A stretch of 58,677 nt of DNA from Anthoceros angustus (Eukaryota > Plantae > Anthocerotophyta). The notes beneath the pieces were generated by a model, which saw only the letters and a program-made list of their open reading frames with translations, had not been told where the DNA came from and searched no databases. Made by a program: the position numbers and the translations under genes. The stretch spans positions 1 through 58,677 of the forward strand of contig VJWM01000329.1 of assembly GCA_010909165.1 (NCBI GenBank), given 5' to 3'. Shown here one piece after another: positions 1 to 12,459 of this stretch. Every line of letters begins with the position of its first letter. Position 1 is the stretch's first letter.

Positions 1-660
1 TAGTCCCATCGATAGGGGCAGCTCAAGTCCCTTGGCCGAGAAAGGTGCTTGACTTGTTTTTCCTTGCCGCCAAGGAGTACCTCTCTCCGTCGGACGCCGT
101 CCACCGGGAGAAGAGGGTGTCGCAGAGTGTGGGCGGCATCACTGTCTGTACCACCGGTCCTTGTGGCCGGTGCTCAAGCAAACGTAAGAATCTTCACCGC
201 CTTGCTCGTCCTTGCCCTTGACGGCCACATTTGCCGTCTGGCGAGAGCCGGGCTTCTGAGGCTCCCCAGCTTTCTTCTTCCCAGATTCGCCCAAAAGGGC
301 CGGGAGTGCCGTGCCATAGCTGCCCATCCGGCGAGGTGCAGAAGAGGTCGAAGCACCCTTGGAGGTGTTGGCTTGCTTCCCTTGCGCCTTCCCGGGCTGA
401 AAACGGGCAGCGAGCGCCTTATCAGCCTTGGGCTTGGACCCTCGAGGTAAGGCGGCTCGTGTTGATAGAGCGCTCGATAATCTCTCCACCGTAAGAGAAG
501 AGGTGGAGCCGGTGACACCTTGTTGACATCAAAGACGATCGGGTGACAAGATGCCGGGTAGGAGGGTGGTGTTCATCAATTGGCAGCAGCGTCTGTCGGC
601 CATGGTCGAGGCCGAGAGTCGCCAAATGTCTCGTAGAATCGCTGGAATCTTGAGGTATCG
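1..660 (-). mobile_element. Ty1/Copia gag-protease fragment (same family as the element at 28216-32080)
   Basis: Collinear with ~31330-31990 (shared strings gataggggcagctc, gaagaggtggagccggtgacacc, ggtcgagccgagag, ggaatcttgaggtat). The minus-strand translation ERLSS...GSKPKADKAL...QGKQANTS...RQTANVA matches the gag C-terminal region there. Confidence 0.8.
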
Positions 661-897
661 TAAACATGATCTCAACCTCAACCAAAACATCAAGGTCGCA
701 AAAGATCAAAAACATGATCTCAACCTCAACCGAAACATCAAGGTCAAGAAGATCAAACATGATCTCAACCTCAACCAAAACATCAAGGTCAAGATCGTAA
801 ACATGATCTCAACCTCAACCAAAACATCAAGGTCAAGATCGTAAACATGATCTCAACCTCAACCGAAACATCAAGGTCAAGAGATCGAAACATGATC
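660..897. repeat. ~38-40 bp minisatellite (aaacatgatctcaacctcaaccaaaacatcaaggtcaagatc), array A
   Basis: About 5-6 tandem units read directly; the same array recurs at 5850-6250. Confidence 0.9.
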
Positions 898-899
898 TT

Positions 900-1570
900 C
901 TCGAGTCGGATCTCAAGATTGTAATGACTATTCACCATCTCCCGAGTCATGTGCATCAAGAAGAGGAACCTCACCCTCATCAACACATGGTTCCCGAGAT
1001 TGTGGGACCACATCATCCGCATCAAAAAATCGCCTTGAGAAGGAACCTCCGTCCGACTAATCGGATACTCATAAGGTACCCGAGGTTGTTGAATGTCACC
1101 GTCGGGAAGAGCTCGATGAAGATGATCTAGCATGTGGATAATACAAATTCGATATGAGTATCGACCTGCTTTGTCGGGCCTGAAGCATGCACTTATAGAC
1201 AAGGTAATCTTCAAAGTGACCGGGTCAAACAGAAGCCTTAGACTCTTCGTAATAGTCTAGAAAAATTAATGGTGACTTGTCATCTAACTTCTGCGCTTTT
1301 CGTACATAGGCAAACGGTGACCAAGACTCGAGGTGTAAAATCCACAAGGAGACTAGAACCTTCAGCTACAATCCATGAAGAGTAGTCTAGAAAAATTAAT
1401 GGTGACTTGTCATCTAACTTCTGCTTTGGCTTCGGTACATAGGCAAACGTGTGACCAAGACTCGAGGTGTAAAATCCACAAGGAGACTAGAACCTTGACA
1501 ATACGAGGTGTCAAATCCTCAGAGAGAGGTAAAATCCACAAGGAGACTAGAACCTTCAGCTACAATCCAA
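900..1570 (-). mobile_element. Copia integrase/RT-linker fragment with internal duplication
   Basis: Minus strand reads AYV..KR.KLDDKS.PLIFLD(Y)...KA..LFDPVTLKITLS, the Copia post-integrase KLD...F.GY...K.Y..D signature. A ~130 bp segment is locally repeated. Second copy at 6250-6870. Confidence 0.7.
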
Positions 1571-1596
1571 CCCAAAAGGAAAACAAAGAAACAAAA

Positions 1597-1835
1597 TTGA
1601 TTGAGTCTTAGACTCAAGCAAAGATTCAAGTGTCCGCTTAGTTTAAAACCTAATTGATTGGAGTCTTAGACTCAAGCGCATTCAAGTGTCTCGCTTAGTT
1701 TAAAATGTAATTGAAAATTGATTGGAGTCTTAGACTCAAGCGCATTCAAGTGTCTCGCTTAGTTTAAAACCTAATTGATTGAGTCTTAGACTCAAGCATT
1801 CAAGTGTCCGCTTAGTTTAAAACAAAATTGATTGC
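1597..1835. repeat. ~55 bp minisatellite with palindromic core gagtct-t-agactc, array C
   Basis: 4 tandem units of ttgattggagtcttagactcaagc..ttcaagtgtct.gcttagtttaaaac; recurs at 4600-4895 and 9020-9295. Confidence 0.9.
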
Positions 1836-1894
1836 TCACGCTAGCAAATGAAAGCTTTTTTGGTTTATGGAAACCCTTCTAAAGTTATGCCGAT

Positions 1895-2150
1895 GGTGGG
1901 GCACTGTGGTGCGAGGTTGTATTTAGAGGCAAAAGAAAGCTCATGGTGGGGCACTGTGCGAGGTTGGCGTATTTAGACGCAAAAGAAAGCTCAGGGTGGT
2001 GGGGCACCGGTGCGAGGCTCGCAGATTTAGAGGCAAAAGAAAGCTCATTGAGTGGTGGGGCACCAGGGGTGCAAGGTTGGCGGTATTTAAAGGCAAAAGA
2101 AAGCTCACTGGGGTGGTGGGGCACCGTGGTGCAAGGTTGGCGTATTTAGA
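1895..2150. repeat. ~60 bp minisatellite (ggtggggcacc.gtgcgaggttggcgtatttagaggcaaaagaaagctc), array D
   Basis: About 5 tandem units; recurs at 4960-5210 and 9350-9620. Confidence 0.9.
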
Positions 2151-2339
2151 TCTTTCTTTGGGTTTATAGAAACCCTTTAAAGTTTACTGGGGTGGTGAGA
2201 CCTTGAAGATCCGAGCAATTTTGTGTGTTTCCTTCGTGGTGACAAGGCGTGATTTACAAACTCCTCACCGAGCAAAATGGGTTGGCCACAGATTGACGAT
2301 TAGGGATCCTCAGCCGGGATCTTGTCATTTTGAAGAGAG

Positions 2340-3720
2340 ATTGGAGCCTTAAGCTACAACCCAAAAATAAAAATAACAAAGAAACCAACCCAAAAATAAA
2401 AATAACAAAGAAACCAACCCAAAAATAAAAATAACAAAGATAACCTCCATTTCTAGCAATCAAGAAACCCTCACAAAACTCAAGAGCGATTGGAGCCTTA
2501 AGCTACAACCCAATCAAGAAACCCTCACAAAACTCAAGAGCGATTGAGCCTTAAGCTACAACCCAACCCAAAAATAAAAATAACAAAGATGACCTCCAAA
2601 AAGAATAACCTCCACAAATAACACCTCCAAAAAAAAGAATAACCTCCAAAAAGAATAACCTCCAAAAAAAAGAATAACCTCCACAAATAACACCTCAAAA
2701 AAAAGAATAACCTCCACAAATAACAAAGATGACCTCCAAAAAAAAAAGAATAACCTCCAAAAAAAAAAAAAAAGAATAACCTCCAAAAAAAAGAATAACC
2801 TCCAAAAAAAAGAATAACCTCCATTTCTAGCAATCAAAAACCCTCACAAAACTCAAGAGCGATTGGAGCCTTTACAACCCAACCCAAAAATAAAAATAAC
2901 ATCCATTTCTAGCAATCAAAAACCCTCACAAAACTCAAGAGCGATTGAGCCTTAAGCAAACCAACCCAAAAATAAAAATAACAAAGATAACCTCCATTTC
3001 TAGCAATCAAAAACCCTCACAAAACTCAAGAGCGATTGAGCCTTAAGCTACAACCCAACCCAAAAATAAAAATAACAAAGATGACCCAAAAAAAAAGAAT
3101 AACCTCCATTTCTAGCAATCAAAAACCCTCACAAAATTAAGAGCGATTGGAGCCTTAAGCTACAACCCAACCCAAAAATAAAGAATATCTTTGCCAACCC
3201 AAAAATAAAAATAACAAAGATGACCCCAAAAAAAAGAATAACCTCCATTTCTAGCAATCAAAAACCCTCACAAAACTCAAGAGCGATTGAGCCTTAAGCT
3301 ACAACCCAACCCAAAAATAAAACCATTTCTAGCAATCAAAAACCCTCACAAAATTAATAGCGATTGGAGCCTTAAGCTACAACCCAACCCAAAAATAAAA
3401 ATAACAAAGATAATCTACAAAAAAAAGAAGCTAGAAACAAAACAACCATAAAGCCCTCACAAAATTGGAATCTAGCAGTAAATGTTCCCAAATCCATAGG
3501 AAAGCTCCAAATTAACCGCTTTAAAGCTCATGGCAACGAACCCAAAAATAAAGAATAACAAAGATAACCTCCAAAAAAAAGAAGCTAGAAACAAAGAAAC
3601 AAAGATAACCTCCAAAAAAAAGAAGCTAGAAACAAAACAACCATAAAGCCCTCACAAAATTGGAATCTAGCAGTAATTGTCCCCAAATCCATAGGAAAGC
3701 TCCTTTAACCACGATTTAAA
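2340..3720. repeat. A/C-rich ~100-125 bp satellite (gagcgattggagccttaagctacaacccaacccaaaaataaaaataacaaagat..cctccatttctagcaatcaaaaaccctcacaaaa), array E
   Basis: About 10 degenerate tandem units with internal aagaataacctcc sub-repeats; second array at 6880-8130. Confidence 0.9.
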
Positions 3721-4599
3721 GCTCATGGCGAATTCATAGTCCGCAGCTTAAGGGAGGGTGTCAAAGTACCGTGTCAAAAGTCACAGATCCCTGGATATCT
3801 TCAAATACAAATCTTGGTCCAAGCTGGTTTTTTCAAGTCCTTCGAGGTCGAGCAAGTTAGTCCTTCCGAGGGGTCCAAGGATCTGTAATTTTGCGACCAT
3901 GGTACTTTGGTGGCGCTGCCTCAAGCTTCGCCTATGAATGCCATCCGCATGAGCTTTATTAAAAGCTTCAATGCGTGAGAGCAGAGCCTTCCTTAGTAGA
4001 TGCCTCCGAGGCTTTGGCTCAAGAATGCGATTTCCTAGAGTACCTTAGTAGATGAGAGAGGCTTTGGCTCAAGAATGCGATTTCCTAGAGTACCTTAGTA
4101 GATGAGACTTGAGCTTTGGCTCAAGAATGCGATTTCCGATAGGTTGTTTCAACAATAAACCAAATCCAGCCTCTTCTTGTTGGATGCCCCGAGCACCATA
4201 GCTCCTACGACGTCGTCCTAGGGATTCACGCCTGGATTTCATAGTGTAGCTTCATCCTTTGAGAGTACGACACATCTTTCCGAGCAAGCTTTCCCATAAA
4301 ACCATGGAGATCCCTACATATATAGTGCCCAAGTCGACTGTGGTCCCAAAACGCCAACCTCCCCACCACCCCTCAAGACCACTTCTTGCCATGGCGATAA
4401 CCATAGAGCTTCCTCCATAAGGATAGGCCTCAACCAAAGTTGGGGCCCCTAGAACGCCAACCTCGCACCGGTGCCCCACCACCCCCAGCGTAAACTTTTA
4501 CTCCACTTTCATTTCGGCCGCCAACCTCGCACTCATGGGGTATCTATTTTCTTTTTGGGAGGTTATTTTTGTTATTATTTTTCCTTTTGGGTTCTGATT

Positions 4600-4895
4600 G
4601 TAAGTCTTAGACTCAAGCGGCATTCAAGTGTTTGCTTGGTTTAAAACAAAATTGATTGAGTCTTAGACTCAAGCAGCATTCAAGTGTCTGCTTAGTTTAA
4701 AACCTAATTGATTGGAGTCTTAGACTCAAGCGGCATTCAAGTGTCTGCTTAGTTTAAAACAGAATTGAAAATTGATTGGAGTCTTAGACTCAAGCAGCAT
4801 TCAAGTGTCTGCTTAGTTTAAAACCTAATTGATTGGAGTCTTAGACTCAAGCGGCATTCAAGTGTCTGCTTAGTTTAAAACAGAATTGATTGCTC
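4600..4895. repeat. array C, second copy
   Basis: 5 units of the 55-bp gagtcttagactc monomer. Confidence 0.9.
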
Positions 4896-4959
4896 ACGCT
4901 AGCAAATGAAAGCTTTCTTTTTGGTTTATGGAAACCCTTCTAAAGTTATCTTGGGATGG

Positions 4960-5210
4960 TCAGTGCGAGGTTGGCGTATTTAGAGGCAAAAGAAAGCTCG
5001 CCGTGGTGGGGCACCAGTGCGAGGTTGGCGGTATTTAGAGGCAAAAGAAAGCTCGGGTGGTGGGGCACCGGGGTGAGGCTCGCAGATTTAGAGGCAAAAG
5101 AAAGCTCGGGAGTGGTGGGGCACCAGGTGCAAGGTTGGCGGTATTTAAAGGCAAAAGAAAGCTCACTGGGGTGGTGGGGCACCAAAGCGAGGTTGGCGGT
5201 ATTTAGATCT
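4960..5210. repeat. array D, second copy
   Basis: Tandem ggtggggcacc...aaaagaaagctc units. Confidence 0.9.
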
Positions 5211-5379
5211 TTCTTTGGGTTTATAGAAACCCTTTAAAGTTTACTGGGGTGGTGAGACCTTGAAGATCGAGCAATTTCTTGATTGTGTGTTTCCTTCTGG
5301 TGACAAGGCGTGATTTACAACCCCAATGAGCCGGGTTGGCCAATAGATTGCATTGGGGATCCACGTGGCGCAGCGGATC

Positions 5380-5830
5380 TTGTCATTTTGAAGATCAGAT
5401 CCGCCTTACCCATAGGTAATGCAATCACATCCTACTTCTCGTGTGAAGTTTGTGGAGATAGTCTTGTAGTTAGTTTCTCCCCATTGCCGAGGTGTAGCTA
5501 CGAGTGAGCACCATCAAGGTTAAACTTTTCATAATCTCCTTGATGTATTTTTCCGATGGAGAGTAATTGTGCCGGATCCTGCTTCGCAAAATCAATACCA
5601 AGGCAAAATTGAAGGTCTCCTTGATTAGTCATCTCAATCGACGGAGCATGTCCTTGACCCGAGCTAGCCGACGCCAATTTGCCATCGGCCATTCAGTGGC
5701 TTGGTACGAGGATCCGCCTAACATCCAAACATGTAAGTCTCGAAACATTAGCTTTCTCAATCACCGATATGGGGCTCAACCCATTCCTCACGTGATCGCC
5801 TTTCTCTTGTTGGGTATCGAGGAGGAGGAG
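5380..5830 (-). mobile_element. Copia reverse transcriptase fragment
   Basis: ORF 5498..5692 has EMTNQGDLQFCLGI, the Copia RT F.M.DLG.L...LG motif (cf. EMKDIGELQFCLGIQI in ORF 28919..29824). Confidence 0.75.
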
Positions 5831-5849
5831 CAACTCCACTTCAAAGAAT

Positions 5850-6250
5850 GGGCTCAACCTCAACCGAAACATCAAGGTCAGATCGTAAACATGATCTTGA
5901 GTCGGATCTCAAGATTGTAATGACTATTCGCCTTTCTCTTGTTGGGTATCGAGGAGGAGGAGCAACTCCACAAATAACAAAGATGATCTCAACCTCAACC
6001 GAAACATCAAGGTCGCAGATCGTAAACATGATCTCAACCTCAACCAAACATCAAGGTCGATCGTAAACATGATCTCAACCTCAACCGAAACATCATCGCA
6101 GCGATCAAAACATGATCTCAACCTCAACCAAACATCAAGGTCAGCAGATCAAAAACATGATCTCAACCTCAACCAAACATCAAGGTCGCAGATCAAACAT
6201 GATCTCAACCTCAACCAAACATCAAGGTCAAGAAAGATCGGAAACATGAT
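5850..6250. repeat. array A, second copy
   Basis: Tandem aaacatgatctcaacctcaacc.aaacatcaaggtc units. Confidence 0.9.
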
Positions 6251-6870
6251 CTTGAGTCGGATCTCAAGATTGTAATGACTATTCACCATCTCCGAGTCAT
6301 GTGCATCGAAGAAGAGAATACCTCACCCTCATCAACACATGGTTCCCGAGATTGTGGGACCACATCATCCGCACAAAATCGTCTTGAGAAGGAACCTCCG
6401 TCGGCTAATCGGATACTCATAAGGTACCGAGGTTGTTGAATGTCACCGTCTGGGAAGAGCTCGATGAAGATGATCTAGCACCGTGTGGATAATACAAATT
6501 ACATGAGTATCGGACCTTGGCGTTCCTGAAGCATGCACTTATAGACAAGGTAATCTTCAAAGTGACCTCAAAGGTTTGTAAGCCTTAGACTCTTGAATAG
6601 TCTAGAAAAATTAATGGTCGTGACTTGTCATCTAACTTCTTGCGTTTGGCTTGTACATAGGCAACGGTGACCAAGACTCGAGGTGTAAAATCCACAAGGA
6701 GACTAGAACCTTCAGCTACAATCCATGAAGAGTAGTCTAGAAAAATTAATGGTGACTTGTCATCTAACTTCTTGCGTTTGGCTTGTACATAGGCAAACTG
6801 GTGACCAAGACTGAGGTGTAAAATCCACAAGGAGACTAGAACCTTCAGCTACAATCCAACCCAAAAGGAA
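6250..6870 (-). mobile_element. Copia integrase/RT-linker fragment, second copy
   Basis: ORF 6585..6830 contains AYVQAKRKKLDDKSRPLIFLDYS twice; collinear with 900-1570. Confidence 0.75.
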
Positions 6871-6879
6871 AACAAAGAA

Positions 6880-8130
6880 ACAAAATGACCTCCAAAAAGA
6901 AGCTAGAAACAAAGCAATCAAAAACCCTCACAAAATTCAAGAGCGATTGGAGCTACAACCCAACCCAAAAATAAAAATAACAAAGAAACCCAACCCAAAA
7001 ATAAAAAAATAACAAAGATAACCTCCATTTCTAGCAATCAAGAAACCCTCACAAAACTCTAAAGAGCGATTGGAGCCTTAAGCTACAACCCAATCAAGAA
7101 ATCCTCACAAAACTCTAAAGAGCGATTGGAGCCTTAAGCTACAACCCAACCGAAAAATAACAAATAACAAAGATGACCTCCCAAAAAAAAAGAATAACCT
7201 CCACAAATAACACCTCCAAAAAAAAAGAATAACCTCCACTTCTAGCAATCAAAACCTCACAAAACAACCATAAAGCCCTCACAAAACTCTAAAGAGCGAT
7301 TGGAGCCTTAAGCTACAACCCAACCCAAAAATAAAAATAACATCCATTTCTAGCAATCAAAAACCTCACAAAACTCAAGAGCGATTGAGCCTTAAGCTAC
7401 AACCCAACCCAAAAATAAAAATAACAAAGATAACCTCCATTTCTAGCAATCAAAAACCTCACAAAATCAAGAGCGATTGAGCCTTAAGCTACAACCCAAC
7501 CCAAAAATAAAAATAACAAAGATGACCCCAAAACAAAAAGAATAACCTCCATTTCTAGCAATCAAAAAACCCTCACAAAATTCCGAAGAGCGATTGGAGC
7601 CTTAAGCTACAACCCAACCCAAAAATAAAGAATATCTTTGCCAACCCAAAAATAAAAAATAACAAAGATGACCCCAAAAAAAAAGAATAACCTCCATTTC
7701 TAGCAATCAAAAAACCCTCACAAAATTCTGAATAGATTGGAGCCTTAAGCTACAACCCAACCCAAAAATAAAAAAATAACAAAGATAATCTACAAAAAAA
7801 AGAAGCTAGAAACAAAACAACCATAAAGCCCTCACAAAATTGGAATCTAGCGGTAAATGTTCCCAAATCCATAGGAAAGCTCTCTTAACTGCAAACTTAA
7901 AGCTCATGGACGAAACCCAAAAATAAAGAATAACAAAGATAACCTCCAAAAAAAGAAGCTAGACATAAAACAACCATAAAGCCCTCACAAAATTGGAATC
8001 TAGCGGTAAATTGTCCCCAAATCCATAGTCCGTGACTCAGCCAACATTAAAAGCTCATCAACAATTCATAGTCCGGAATCTAGCGGTAAATTGTCCCCAA
8101 ATCCATAGTCTGACACAATAAAGCTCGGCA
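6880..8130. repeat. array E, second copy
   Basis: Same A/C-rich monomer as 2340-3720. Confidence 0.9.
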
Positions 8131-9019
8131 ACAATTCATAGTCCGCTTAAGGGAGGGTGTCAGCACCGTGGTCACAAAGTCACAGATCCCTGGATATCTT
8201 CAAATACAAATCTTGGTCCAAGTGGCTTTTCAAGTCCTTCGAGGTCGAGCAAGTTAGTCCTTCCGAGGGGTCCAAGGATCAGTAACTTTGCGACCATGGT
8301 ACTTTGGTGGCGCCTGCCTCAAGCTTCGCCTATGAATTGCCATCCGCATGAGCTTTATTAAAAGCTTCAATGCGTTGTCGAGAGCCTTTATGCCTCGAGG
8401 AGTGCCTTGTACTCTACCTTAGTAGATGAGACCTGAGGCTTTGGCTCTGCAAGAATGCGATTTCCTAGAGTACCTTAGTAGATGAGACCGAGGCTTTGGC
8501 TCAAGAATGCGATTTCCTAGAGTACCTTAGTAGATGAGACTGTTGAGCTTTGGCTCAAGAATGCGATTTCCCGATAGGTTGTTTCAACAATAAACCAAAT
8601 CCAGCCTCTTCTTGTTGGATGCCCCGAGCACCATAGCTCCTACCTCATTCCTAGGGATTCACCTGGATTTCATAGTGTAGCTTCATCCTTTGAGAGTACG
8701 ACACATCTTCCAGCAAGCTTTCCCCATAAAACCATGGAGATCCCCTACATATATATAGTGCCCAAGTCGATCGTGGTCCCCAAACGCCAACCTCCCCACC
8801 ACCCTCGACTACCTCACTTCTTGCTCATGATAACCATAGAGCTTCCTCCATAAGGATAGGCCTCAACTAAAGTTGGGGCCCCCTAGAACGCCAACCTCGC
8901 ACCGTGCCCCACCACCCCAACAAAACTTTTACTCCACTTTCATTTCGGTCGCCAACCTCGCACTCATGGGGTATCTATTTTCTTTTTGGGAGGTTATTTT
9001 GTTATTATTTTTTCGATTG

Positions 9020-9620
9020 TAAGTCTTAGACTCAAGCAAGATTCAAGTGTTTGCTTGGTTTAAAACAAAATTGATTGGAGTCTTAGACTCAAGATTCAAG
9101 TGTCCGCTTAGTTTAAAACCTAATTGATTGGAGTCTTAGACTCAAGCGGCATTCAAGTGTCTCGCTTAGTTTAAAACAAAATTGATTGGAGTCTTAGACT
9201 CAAGCAGATTCAAGTGTCCGCTTAGTTTAAAACCTAATTGATTGGAGTCTTAGACTGCGGCATTCAAGTGTCTTAGTTTAAAACAATTGATTGCTCACGC
9301 TAGCAAATGAAAGCTTTTGGTTTATGGAAACCCTTCTAAAGTTAAGGCTGATGGTGGGGCACTGTGGTGCGAGGTTGGCGGTATTTAGAGGCAAAAGAAA
9401 GCTCGCTCGTGGTGGTGGGGCACCAGGTGCGAGGTTGGCGTATTTAGACGCAAAAGAAAGCTAGGGGTGGTGGGGCACCAGGTGCGAGGCTCGCAGATTT
9501 AGAGGCAAAAGAAAGCTCACTGAGTGGTGGGGCACCAGGTGCGAGGTTGGCGTATTTAAAGGCAAAAGAAAGCTCATTGGGTGGTGGGGCACCAGGTGCG
9601 AGGTTGGCGTATTTAGATCT
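9020..9620. repeat. arrays C and D, third copies
   Basis: Same monomers and order as 4600-5210, offset ~4.4 kb. Confidence 0.9.
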
Positions 9621-9779
9621 TTCTTTGGGTTTATAGAAACCCTTTAAAGTTTACTGGGGTGGTGAGACCTTGAAGATCCGAGCAATTTTGATTGTGTTTC
9701 CTTCGTGGTGACAAGGCGTGATTTACAAACTCAAGAGCGAAAATGGGTTGGCCACGAGATTGATGCATTGGGGATCCCC

Positions 9780-10290
9780 GTGGCGCAATGGATCTTGTCA
9801 TTTTGAAGATCCATCCGCCTTACCCATAGGTAATGCAATCACATCCTACTTCTCGTGTGAAGTTTGTGGAGATAGTGTCAGAAGGTTTCTCCCCATTCGA
9901 GGTGTAGCTACGAGTGAGCACCATCAAGGTTAAACTTTTCATAATCTCCTTGATGTATTTTTTCCGATGGAGAGTAATTGTGCCCGCATCCCTGTTTCGC
10001 AAAATCTGAATACCAAGGCAAAATTGAAGGTCTCCTTGATTAGTCATCTCGAGTTCCTGACGGAGCATGTCCTTGACCCGAGCTAGCTGACCCGCCAGTG
10101 CTTGCCATCACGGCCATTCAGGGCTTCAGAACGACGGTGGATCTGGCCTAACATCCGAAACATGTAAGTCTGAAACATTAGCAGCCTGTCTTCAGAAGTC
10201 AACTGCCTGATATGGGGGCTCAACCCATTCCTCACGTGATCGCCTTTCTCTTGTTGGGTATCGAGGAGGAGGAGCAACTTCCACTTCCTT
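9780..10290 (-). mobile_element. Copia reverse transcriptase fragment, second copy
   Basis: ORF 9820..10068 has LEMTNQGDLQFCLGIQILRNRDAGTITLHRKKYIKEIMK. Confidence 0.8.
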
Positions 10291-10339
10291 CAAGTGATGG
10301 AACAAAAGATGATAAGCCTCACCATATGAGTGACTTGTC

Positions 10340-10870
10340 TAGCGTCATAAAGCTACTACAATAGACTAATCCAAGCCCTTTTCTGTGGAAGCAGTGTTTA
10401 AACTTAGGCAAGGATTTAGTCAGCACATCTGCTGTGTTGTCGTCTGTTGGTACATACTATACCTTTACTATCCCCCTTTCTACATCATCACGAATATAGT
10501 GATATTGAATCTCTATGTGCGTCATAAAGCTACTACAGTCTACTAATCCAAGCCCTTCATGGAAGTGTTTAAACTTGAGGATTTTTGTACGTTGTCGCTG
10601 TTGGTACACTTTACTATCCCCTTTCTACATCATCACGAATATAGTGATGTTGAATCTCTATGTGTTTCGTGCATGGAACATGGGGTTTGCAATAAAGCAA
10701 TTCGTATTATCCATATTGTTGGCCCTTCTCCTATACCCGGATCCTCACATAGCTTCCTTTCCCATTCAATTTTGTGGCTTCAAGGAGAGCCTTGTACTTT
10801 GATTCATGATGAAAGTGATATGGCTGCTTGTTTTCTACAAGACCAATTAACAAGAGCCAGTGGACTTCTT
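10340..10870 (-). mobile_element. Copia RNase H fragment with a ~177 bp tandem duplication of its C-terminus
   Basis: Minus strand reads ALVNWSCRKQAAISLSS...YKALLEAT...KHIEIQHHYIRDDVER...ADVLTKSLP. gcgtcataaagctactaca occurs at ~10342 and ~10519. Confidence 0.75.
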
Positions 10871-12459
10871 ATTTCGCACTAACTTCCTTCAATTTTGTGG
10901 AAGATTTCGAGAGGAGCCAAGCGATTGGGGCACCATCATGTATGAGGCCTACATCCATCACGGGAGAAGCTCCTTAGGCCAAATTGTGGATGAGGAAGGC
11001 CAAGGCCCTGTTATCTCAAAGACCTATTTGGTGCATTTGTGGGAGACCGAGGGCTCCTCACCGAAGGAGCCGGAGGATGCTTGGCATCCCTGAAATAATT
11101 CACCTCGGCCAAGCTTAGAGAGGCCTTTGCCTTCGCTTTGAGGAAGACGTATGGGAGACCGGCACTCCACAAGCGCGCCAGGCCAAGGCGGAAGAAGTAG
11201 AGGCAACGAGGTTTAATGGGTGGCCTTCCCCACAAGAGCAAGGGAAGGAGAGGAGGCAAGGTCCCCGAGGAGGGCCGGATGGTAGTCTGTGAGAGGAGGG
11301 CTACCACGGAGGGGTGATGCCCAAAGGTGGGAGGAGTTCCCACCATTTCATGGGTGCCTAGGGAAGAGGCACCCAGGAGGCAGCCCACCTGTGGGTAGGC
11401 GACTACCGTGAGCGCACCCTACCATGGTAGGTAGGCAGACTACCGCGGTAGGGAGCACCATCGCGGTAGGCAGCACCCACGCCCTAGGCAAGCAGCCTGC
11501 GGTAGGGAAGGGAAGGAGAAGCGGCTGCGCGCGGGCGGCGCCGCCATCACCCGCTACCGGGTGGAGAGCGGATGATGGGGCGACGGTGCGAGCTCACGCC
11601 GTCGCCCGATGGCCCGAGGAGGTGGAAAGGCTGGAAATTTCCAGCAAGAAGAGGCCACCAGGAATTTGGGCCCCTGATTTGTCGAGTGCTTGTGAAGCAC
11701 TCACGCTGGACTTGAAGGGGCTAGGGAACTAGCAGCCCCTCCTTGTGGGCATGTCGAGGAAGTCAAGGCCCAAGAGATGAGTCGAGGAGGAGAGGCAGAC
11801 CAAGTGGCAACTGGAAGCCATGGAGTCCGATGAGAAGGCAGCCAAGTTGGAGAAGGTCAGGAGAAGCTCCAGGGGATCTTATAGACCAGCAAGAGCGGAA
11901 AAGGTCTTGAGGAAGGTTGGCTCAAACAGAGGAGAGAGCTGTCCCGAGGAAGAACTTGCTTGGTGGAGGCGACCCCTGTGTTGCAAGGGCGAGTCGAGCC
12001 TGGAAGCCCGAATCGAGGTTAGAATAGGAGGAAGAGGATGAGGAGATGAGTAGAGGATTAGAAGTGTAGGTGTTAGTGGAAGGCCAGTGCAGAGCCTAAG
12101 GGACAATCCCAACCGCAAGTGAAGAGGGCACTCGAGTGGAGGAGATTGGTCTTAGGAGTAGGGACGAAATCATTAGGATCGGGGGGTCCCCGGCGCCTGG
12201 TAGGCTCTCCTTCTAAGGTAACTGCACTGTCGCTAGGTTGAGAATTGGTAGGCTGAGCAAGCTGCAGCGCCGTAAGAGGGTGAGTAGAGGCGCCTTGCTC
12301 GCTTAGAAGGTTGAGAAGTTGTGTCACTACGGTAGCTATCATCACAGACCTCGAATTTTCACACGAGTCTCATGGGACGAAACCCAACGCACGGTTTAGT
12401 GATAAGTGTGGCGGGGGAAAACTTGAAGCCCCGGGTTTTCGCCACCACACAATCACCAA

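Noticed and set aside
1597-9620. Palindromic 55-bp and 39-bp arrays as CRISPR arrays
   Set aside because: Sequences between the repeats are themselves repeated (no unique spacers), there are no cas genes, and the context is eukaryotic TE.
11011-12345. GC-rich minus-strand ORF pieces as a gene
   Set aside because: Pro/Ser-rich fragments with short repeats and no recognisable domain; left unassigned.
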